Origin: Eledone cirrhosa
Taxonomy: Eukaryota
Reading direction: 5' to 3'
DNA length: 64,000 nt
NCBI GenBank assembly: GCA_964016885.1
Contig: OZ024741.1
Span: forward strand, 333,808,001-333,872,000
The notes under the pieces were generated by a model that had not been told where the DNA came from, ran no database searches, and saw only the letters and a program-made list of their open reading frames with translations. A program made the translations under genes and the position numbers. Every line of letters begins with the position of its first letter. Position 1 is the first letter of the stretch. Positions 55,412 to 64,000 of this stretch are shown piece by piece.

Positions 55412-56482
55412 CATTCTCAGCTAAGATACCTGTTTTTCATATATATATATATATATACATATATATACAAACACACATACATACAAACACAGATGGCATA
55501 TCATTACAGTTGATATATATATATATATATACACAGCTTGCCACCACTGTTATGGTATATTGTCAATAAGATTCCGTAGAATTTATTCTAAGTTACTTAA
55601 TCTCAGTTCGATTTTGTCAAATATCATAGTAAATCTTCCCCTTATTAATTAACTTAGTAAAAATATTATATATAGTAAAAAGCTGTATATTTTTGAATGA
55701 ATTATGAAAGTGTATGTGTCAGTTACTTTGGAAAGATGTGCATTTCATATCACAATTGAATCATTGACGTTAATACCACGCAATAACATTACAAACCAAG
55801 TGCACAATTTTTGTGTGGGAATTTATTTTCTAGGCTAAATTTTATTACAACTATTTTTTACTTTTTCTTGTTTTTTTGTGTTTTTTGTATTATCTTTTTC
55901 TTGTGTTTTCCTTTTTTCGTTGCTATTTTTATTCTAATGAACTTAATTATTTTCTGAGAGTATATATTCATTTATTTATTTCTATGGGTTTTTTTTTAAT
56001 TCATTCTATTTGTGTTTGTGTATGTTATTGGGTTTCTCCATTCTAATTCTGTACAGCTCCAGTATTTTCATTAGTTTGTTTATTTCTACATACAATGTGG
56101 GCGGTGTAGTGTGGTGTGCTGTGGTGTGGTGTGGTGCAGTGTGGTTGATATTAAAGATATTATCGTTAATGTTATTTAGTAATTCTGTGATAGCTAAGGA
56201 GGATTTTCTCCACCACTATCGTCATCATCCATCATTGTTGCTGTTGTCATTTCCATGTTTGTTGATGTTGATCAAGTACTTAACTGTGTTAAGATGACGT
56301 GGGTGGGAAAACGTAGAACTGTTGAGTGGAGAGGTGGTTGGATTGTTGGGTTGGTGGTTGGCTGGGTGGGTGTCTACATTGAGAAACACAATAAAGTAGC
56401 ACACATCCACTGTCTTCTCTGAAAATTTGGTATCAACCATCAGATAAATAAATAAATAATCTGTCATCATAGCTAAATAGAT

Positions 56483-56483
56483 T

Positions 56484-56515
<32 letters not shown>

Positions 56516-56741
56516 CAAAATCATAACCATCATCATAAAAGTTCTTATCATCACTATCATCAAAATCATCATCATCATCATCATAAAAATTCTTAACATC
56601 ATTGTCATCATCATCATCATGAATATTCTTGTCATTGTCACTCGCATCATTATCATCATTGTCATCATCATCAAAATCTTAGCCATCATCATCATCATAA
56701 AAATTGTTATCATCATTGACATTGTCATCATCATCATCATT
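56483..56741 (+). repeat. Degenerate (ATC)n trinucleotide repeat
   Basis: Direct inspection. Confidence 0.9.
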
Positions 56742-57064
56742 GCTTTCCTTCGCAGTGTCGTGTTTCATCATTAGCTTCCTTCATGAAAGATAATCAGTTT
56801 TAAAGCAGTGGATCATCATAACTGGTAGAACATTGGACAAAATGCCAGGCTGAATTTAACTATGATTTTTTACAATCTGAATTCAAATCCCAGTGAGGTT
56901 CACTTTGCTGTTTATTCTTCTGAGCATTGAAAATAAATATATCAGTCATGTCTTGGGATCAATTTACTCTCCCCATGAAGTATCCAAAATGTGAATGAAT
57001 TATAATAAATTCAGATATATGTTATATCTTTTCTATGATACATTCTCTAACTATCAAATAAAAT

Positions 57065-58007
57065 ACATTCTGTAAAGTGGTTGGCATTAAAAGGGCATCC
57101 ACTCAGAGAAACTATCCTAAACAAAGAATTGAGAGGACTTTTTAAACAAGGTTAAAGATATGATCAAAATACTAGTTTTGATGCCATGATAAAATACACC
57201 CAGCTCACTCTATAAAGTGGTTGACATTGGAAAGGGTATCCAGCCAGAGAAACCATACCAGAAAGGGTTGAGAAGACTGTACAGCTGTGCCAGGGACACA
57301 GCTTTGCTTGTGGTGATGCCATATACATCTAGTGACACTTATACACTCAGTAAAGTAGTTGAGCGTAGAAAGGTCATTCAGCTTAGAATCCTTGTCAATA
57401 TGTAATGTATGTAAGCAAGACATGCCACCACTCAAGCTCATCAAGGGGAACTGTAGTTCTGATTGAGTACTGACTTAACCTGAAATGAATCATCTTACCC
57501 ATGCCAGCATGGAAAAGTAGCAACATAACAATGATGATAGTTTTAGCTGCTTCACTGGAATGCATATGAATAATATAGCTCTTTTGTTATAGGAAGTTTA
57601 TATATATGTTCACAGATTTATTATTTCGGGGGAATTGTTCTAAGTCTATTCATTTATATGCCTGTATATAAAAATATATAAAATAAACAGGCCTAGAAAT
57701 GTATATACTTCACATCCCCTACTCCATCCACTGTAAAGTGGTCGTGTAGTTGACATGACAAAAAGTACCCAGTCCACACTGTAAAGTGGTCGTGTAGGAG
57801 ACATATGTAAAAAGGCTCCCAGTCCACACTGTAAATGTGGTTAGTGTTAGGAAGGGCATCCAGCCGTAGAAAACCTGCCAGGGACAGTTCTATATGAGCG
57901 AGACACGGTCACCCGACCAATCTTGCCTCAAGTGGGACAAACCTGTCCAACCCATGCTAGCGTGGCAGATGGACATTAAACGATGAAGATGATGATGATG
58001 ATGATGA
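57065..58007 (+). mobile_element. RTE-tailed SINE fragments; young copy at 57730-58007
   Basis: tgtaaagtggttgg..aagggcatcc repeats; tail cccatgctagcgtggcagatggacattaaacgatgaagatgatg. Confidence 0.8.
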
Positions 58008-58029
58008 TATATATATATATAAACACACA

Positions 58030-58445
58030 AAGTGTAAACAGAAAAAATGCAACAGACAAATTATAATGACAATGTATATTGATTTCATGCTTAATATAGT
58101 AGAAAATGTTTTAATGCTTCGAACTCTAGTCTTTCATCAGAAAATAGAATGAAAAATTAAGAAGAAGTAGAAAGATAGCAGGAGTAGAAACAAAAAAAAA
58201 ACATTTATTCAAGAAAAAGCAGGTCTGTTAATTTTGCCATCTCTCGGCAAAAAGTAAACAGAAACAACAAAGCAAACAGCATAGTACAGTACAATGAAGA
58301 AAAGTATTGGTTTAAAGTTTGATATAGTGGGAAAAGAGCCTTTATGTCTCAGACACTAGTCCTTTGTCAGAAGATAGAATGAGAAATAAAAAATGAATTA
58401 GAAAGATAGAGAGTGAGAAGAGGAAGGATCACAAAAAAAAAGTGT
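58030..58445 (-). mobile_element. Two tandem HHR-bearing repeats (27430 family), 230-nt period
   Basis: Reverse complements ttttctgatgaaagactagagttcgaagcattaaaac (58108-58144) and tcttctgacaaaggactagtgtctgagacataaagg (58339-58374). Confidence 0.75.
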
Positions 58446-58531
58446 TTGAGAAAAAGCACGTGTATTCAGTCAGCCATTTTGATTAGAAAAAAAGAAAATC
58501 CATCAAACTATTTATGAATATTTATGCTTCC

Positions 58532-58567
<36 letters not shown>

Positions 58568-58580
58568 TACACACGGAGAT

Positions 58581-58636
<56 letters not shown>

Positions 58637-58946
58637 AGAGAGGGGGAGAGAGGGGTGGATGACTGAATACAAAAGGCTAGACAGACAGATAGACATACAG
58701 ACAGACAGATATGCAGATAGACAGATAGAGAGATAATTTTTCTGGTTATTGACCATTCCTATGCCATCCGTTCCAGTTACCAGCCCACATTCAACTACAT
58801 TTAAGATTAATATCCAAAATATTCAATACTCAGAAACTGTGGAGCCAGCAAATATTTTAATCTACATGTCACCCTAATACATACATTTGTGTGTGTGTGT
58901 ATGCATGATATATATTTATTTATAACAAAATATATCTCTCATGCAT

Positions 58947-59013
<67 letters not shown>

Positions 59014-59035
59014 AAATATATATATATATATAAAT

Positions 59036-59068
<33 letters not shown>

Positions 59069-59769
59069 ATATATATAAATATATATATATATATATAATA
59101 TATATAGATAAATATATATGTATATATATACATAATATATATAGATATATATAATCTATATAAATATATCTATGATATATACTATATATTTAAATATATA
59201 CATATGTATGTGTGTGTATCTATATATCTAATTATTTATATAAATTTATCTATAATATATATTTAAATATATATATACATGTATAAACACACACACACAC
59301 ACACACATATATATAGCACTGTACACAATAATTTCATTATTATATATGTGTATGTATATATATATATACAATTTATATGAGATATATTTATTTTAACATA
59401 TATATATATTACTTGAGTTGTTTTTAATTCAGTTAGTCCCATAAAACTACATTAATTTTTATCTTTCCATACTAGGGATCAACAACTTATTTTCGTAATG
59501 GTTCACTTGATTTTTGTTTTACTTTTGCACATGACTCACATAGCATTTTATATAAACAAATTTGAAAAAGTCTGAGGCTTGGGCTTATTCTTGCATGTTG
59601 GTATATAATGGGTGTTCAGATCAGTTTTGCATATTATTTATACGGTTGGAATCTTGTAGTGGTATTTACAAAATAGGGTTTAATCAAAGAAAATTATGCA
59701 ACATGGAACTATAGATGTATTAGCAATATGTAAGTTTGGGTGAGAAAAAGAATATGTTACAGAAACTAC

Positions 59770-60050
59770 TTCTTTGCTCATTTGGTCCTGGGAGGGGTGT
59801 TGGGACAGAGTCTTCAAACACTCCTCATAGTGGGTCCTGTCAAAAGCAATAGTCTCCAGTTGATCCAACAGAATCCCCAAGCAAGTGCAGCCAAGCTCAT
59901 AGATGTTATCCAACCAACCATTTTGCTCGAGGTTCTACACCTGCATCTCCTGCCAGTTGGTTTTGCCTGTAAAATCAGACTAACAATTTCTTTCCTGAGA
60001 CATTCTAACCACATAACCATAGTATCAGAGCTGTGATCTCTCAATTTGGA
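59770..60050 (-). mobile_element. Decayed RTE/Expander-like LINE C-terminus
   Basis: Frameshifted SQL*YYGYVVRMSQER / LILQAKPTGRR / WLDNIYELGCTCLGILLDQL resembles QLRWFGHV.RM.QER...AKPTGRRPRGRP..RWLD. Confidence 0.75.
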
Positions 60051-61161
60051 GAATTATAAAACTGAATAAAAGGTAATTATCATTGCGATAATTAATCTCT
60101 CTCTATGTATGCAAATAGCAAAAAATACTCAGAATATATCCAGGGTATCATACCAAAGATGCATGGACAATATCCTTAATACCCTCACTACCACATTTAT
60201 ATATCCTCTGAAAAATTAGCTGATACACTGAACACTGAAAATTTGCGAGATATGGAAATTATCTATTTGTGTAAATATTTACATATATAAAACCTGATTT
60301 TCCTAACTATTTGATATATTGTACTACAGCTATCACTCACAATCAAGAATGACTTAATAGTATGTACCATGCTTTTGATGTAGGTTTTAGGTGCTCATGC
60401 TGTCACAAGCTAGTACACACTTAATCTTTCCTCTCCTTGATCTAGTGAAACATCCACAATATGATAGCTGGAAAGAGAGGGCTGCACCAACAATGAGCTG
60501 GTACATTTTTTTTTATAGACCCTGATAGGATAAAGAGCAAAATGGAGCTCAGTGTGGTTTGAACTTACAACACAGAGACCCAGAACAGACAACCTATGTT
60601 TTAGCAACTCTTCCAAATCAACTACTTTACTTGATAACTCTTGCTAGCAGGGAAAAATGGGTATTAAATTATGATGATAATGATAGTGATATAGAAGTCA
60701 GTTGGTCAAGTAGTTGTAGTTGATAAAGGCTTGCAACACCACCTTCAATAAAAAGAGACATTTCCTAAGCAGCTTGTTGACCTGCTCAGTTAGGCAGTGA
60801 ATATTTAATAGTCTTCAATAGTACAATACCAAACAGAAGGTCAAGAGTTTAAGAAGACGAAAAATTATTGATACAGTGTTCACTCAGCTCCTCCATTCCA
60901 TCATCCTAAGGTAATCTCCACTCAGCTTCTATTCCATCTCCCTAAGGTAACCTCCACTCCATAATATCTACCCAGCTTCATCCACTACATCATCCTAAGT
61001 TAACAGGATATGATAGACATACAAATGAACAATAACAGCAAAAACAGAAACTCTAGCAACATTTCCACAATTTCCTCTCATATTTTAAATGATTTAATTC
61101 TGTAGCAATTATTGATTATTTTACATTAGCATAAGACTACATTTAATAAGCACTTAACTCC

Positions 61162-61372
61162 TCATGGAATCATAGGGACGCCATTTTGGCCAGTTTTAAG
61201 GATGCCATAAAGTCATTGTGACACCATTTTGGCCAGTTTTAAGGATGCCATGAAGTCATAGGGACTCCATTTTGGTCAGTTTTAAGAGTACCATAAAAAC
61301 ATAGGGATGCTACCTTGGCCAGTTTTAGGGGTGTCATGGAGTTATAGGGGCACTACCTTGGGTGGTTTTTAA
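61162..61372 (+). repeat. 43-bp tandem repeat x5
   Basis: ccattttggccagttttaagg-like motif at 61181, 61224, 61267, 61310 and 61353. Confidence 0.9.
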
Positions 61373-61439
61373 ACCTGGTGGATCCTGTATCTCTCCTGTT
61401 CAGAACACAGATGATGATTTCTTCCAGAGAAAGATGGAT

Positions 61440-62256
61440 TTAAACCTATATTGAATTGGTATTTTATCAACCACAAACTGATGAAAGGCAAAGCTGACCT
61501 CAACAAGATTTTAACTCAGAGTGTAGAGGGTAAAAACAAATACCACAAAGCACTGTCTGACATTCTACAGACTGCCACTTCCTGATGGAGTCGTAGGGGC
61601 ACTATATTGACATATGGCATTTCTTGGGCATTTTTAAGGCCTGGCGGAGACCATCCATCTCCATGTCTGAATACTGTAGATTTTTTTTCAGAGGAAGATA
61701 GAAAGTAAGAGAGAGGAAGTGAGAAAGATATATAAAGGAAGAATCAACCCCAGTACTACACTGGTACTTTTTTATCGACCTTGAATGGATGTAACAAAGC
61801 TGACTTTGGCAGGATTTGAACTGAAAGAACAGAGAGCTAGAATGAGTACTGCAAAGCATTCTATCTGACATTCTAAAGACTCTGCCAATTCATCACCATT
61901 AGGTATTTTGGTGAAAGGGGTCAACCTCCAAATGGTTAAATTACAACGTTGACCTCAGGGGAATTTGAACTCTGACTGCAATGTTCCTTAACTCTTTAGC
62001 ATTTACATTACTCTATATATACTATTATATTTTCATGGTAAATCCTTTATTTCACATAATATTGAATCTACGAGATTTTGATATCTATTTTGAGAACAAT
62101 ACGTTAACATAAGTATGAGCAGCCGGTTACAAGCGGTTTGAACAGAAAGAGCTGAGAGAATTCTGGTTGGATATGGCCGGTTTAAATGCTAAAGGGTTAA
62201 ATAAATACAAGGCATATTATCCATCACTTCCCTAATTCTACCAACACACCACCTTA
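61440..62256 (-). mobile_element. Three SINE family A copies, the last interrupted by a piggyBac-like MITE
   Basis: gatgaaaggcaaagctgacctc..., ggcaggatttgaactg..., gttgacctcaggggaatttgaactc. Confidence 0.75.
61992..62196. mobile_element. piggyBac-like MITE with TTAA TSD
   Basis: TTAA-ctctttagcattt...aaatgctaaaggg-TTAA. Confidence 0.88.
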
Positions 62257-62540
62257 AATTGTAAAGTAATTAATAGTGGATCTATGTCATCAATAATGAC
62301 AGCAATAATATTGAACATATTTAATTGTCAAAGTCCAAAATTGATATGCCATATATACCAGGATTACTGGATATATGAACTGTCATACTAACTAGGAAAT
62401 TTGCAGTTTGATGAATTAATGCTTTGCATATGAAAACTCTATACTTTATGTTGATTACTGACATTTAGAAGTAATTAAATATAAGAATGATATTTTAATA
62501 ATTTACTTCGAGGATATAATGACATGTTCAGCTTATATGT

Positions 62541-63008
62541 GAAGGCCTATGGCCTAGTGGTAAGGTTGTTGGACTTATGATCATAATGTCATAGATTTGA
62601 TTCCTCAACTGGGTTGTGTTTTGGGTTCTTGAACAAAACACTTCATTTCACGTTGCTCCAGTATAGTCAGCTGAAAATGAGTACCAGCAATAAATGTGGG
62701 TTTAACCCTGCAATGAATTGGCATTTTGTCCAGGGTGAGTTTTGTACTCTCAATTGCTTAACGTCATGGAAACCAAAATAAATCTCCAGGATCTAGAAAG
62801 ATTTTAACACTGAGATGGACTGGCATCCTTTCCAGGGAGGAGTTTTGTATTCTTAGTTGCCTCATGTCAGGGAAACCAAGATAAGCACCAGCCTAATGAA
62901 CCTCCAGGGTCTAGACAGACTTTAAGACTAATATGGACTGGTGTCTTGTCCAAGGGTAAGTCTTGTACTCTCAGTCACTTAACACCATGGAAACCAAGAT
63001 AAGCACTG
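62541..63008 (+). mobile_element. tRNA-SINE with triplicated central domain and 10-bp TSD
   Basis: Head tggcctagtggtaagg...tttgattcc; three copies of atggactggcat..tgtccaggg...ggaaaccaagataa; gcttatatgt at 62531-62540 and 63009-63018. Confidence 0.8.
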
Positions 63009-63271
63009 GCTTATATGTCAGCATATATGTAGAAATAATATACAAGATTAAATGTGTGAGAAATTGTGGAGAAAGAACTATTTTGAGGGACAAATGTAGG
63101 GTTAGATCCCAGGACTTTGTGAGTGAAAAGTGAACTTCTTGTAGCATCATGGCTGAGATAGGAAATGCATTGTGTGCATGCATATGTATGTATATGTGAA
63201 CATTTTAAAGAGTTACTTGCAGATGTATATATATAAATATACAAATACACACAATGTATTATTATGGTTGA

Positions 63272-63615
63272 TATCATCATCATCATCATTATTTTACGTC
63301 CGCTTTTCCCTGCTTGCAAGGGTGGGACGGGAACTGATTCTGGCTTGATTTCTACAGCTGGATGCCTTTCCTAACACCTACCTCATTTACAGTGAGTGCT
63401 GGGTGCTTTTTATTCGTGGCACCTAGACGTCCACTTAGTATTGGAATGATATGGAACCCAGTCCCTATCATCTCATTTCTACAGCTGAGTAAACTGGAGC
63501 AATGTGAAATAAAGTGTCTTGCTCAAGGAAACAATACATCACCCGGTCTGAGAATTGAACTTACAACCTTTCGATTGCAAAGCCAAAGCTCTAGCCACTA
63601 AGCCATGTGCCTCCA
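63272..63615 (-). mobile_element. Near full-length tRNA-SINE with RTE-type tail
   Basis: Minus strand ggaggcacatggcttagtggctag...gtaagttcaattctc...ttccttgagcaagacactt...gcggacgtaaaataatgatgatg. Confidence 0.85.
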
Positions 63616-63617
63616 TA

Positions 63618-63810
63618 TATATTTAATATAGAAATGGTTTTTACAGGACTAGAACTGTTTCATTCGAAGGAAATCATCAGGGCTTTCCTGATGATTTCCT
63701 TCAAATGAAACAGTTCTAGTCCAGCAGAAGCCATTTCTAGATTAAATATTTATACTCTCCTATGTATTGAGTACTTTACTTACTATGGTTACCCCTGATT
63801 GAACCCAGAC
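63618..63810 (+). mobile_element. Fold-back element with back-to-back HHR-like cores
   Basis: About 63-bp arms (63618-63681 and 63687-63749); CTGATGA 63688, GAAAC 63707, GTC 63719. Confidence 0.8.
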
Positions 63811-63837
63811 ACAAACACACACACATATATATTTATA

Positions 63838-63876
<39 letters not shown>

Positions 63877-64000
63877 GGAAAGTTATATTTAAAATTGTTG
63901 GGTTACAACTAGTAAATATTTATAACTGATTTAAAAGCACTCGACAAATATTTGGAGTATATTTACAATATTAAATAAATGGAAAACTATATTTATAAAA

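Larger units (their letters stand above)
54626..55432 (-). mobile_element. Retrozyme/Penelope-like element: two ~277-bp direct repeats, 528-nt period, each with an HHR
   Basis: 54626-54901 and 55154-55432 are nearly identical; flanked by (TA)n. Confidence 0.8.

Noticed and set aside
59680-60044. Overlapping ORFs suggesting a host exon
   Set aside because: Explained by a frameshifted RTE LINE C-terminus.

Overview
This is a very AT-rich, repeat-dense eukaryotic window with no recognisable host protein-coding gene. Almost all long ORFs in the track are (TA)n/(CA)n/(CT)n/(GAA)n microsatellite artefacts. The SINE sequences and microsatellite load resemble those of octopod cephalopod genomes; this is recognition from memory, not a database result. 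Contents: dozens of tRNA-derived SINEs from several families, decayed RTE, L1/Tx1 and CRE-like non-LTR fragments, and hAT, piggyBac-like and pogo/Tigger-like MITEs, one hAT copy carrying a perfect 8-bp TSD. There are also several minisatellites and local duplications. The main signal is a dense set of type I hammerhead-ribozyme (HHR) motifs (CUGANGA ... GAAAC ... NUH) from several unrelated small repeat families, mostly beside (TA)n. They include a 528-nt-period direct repeat with an HHR in each copy (54626-55432, retrozyme/Penelope-pLTR-like), a ~190-230-nt tandem family with one intact minimal HHR (27484-27519), and about ten fold-back elements, many inverted at or next to an HHR core. Two short ATG-started, phase-0 micro-exons with good donor sites (29685-29711 and 43314-43331) suggest the window may be the alternative-promoter or intronic part of a large plus-strand gene, but this is unproven.
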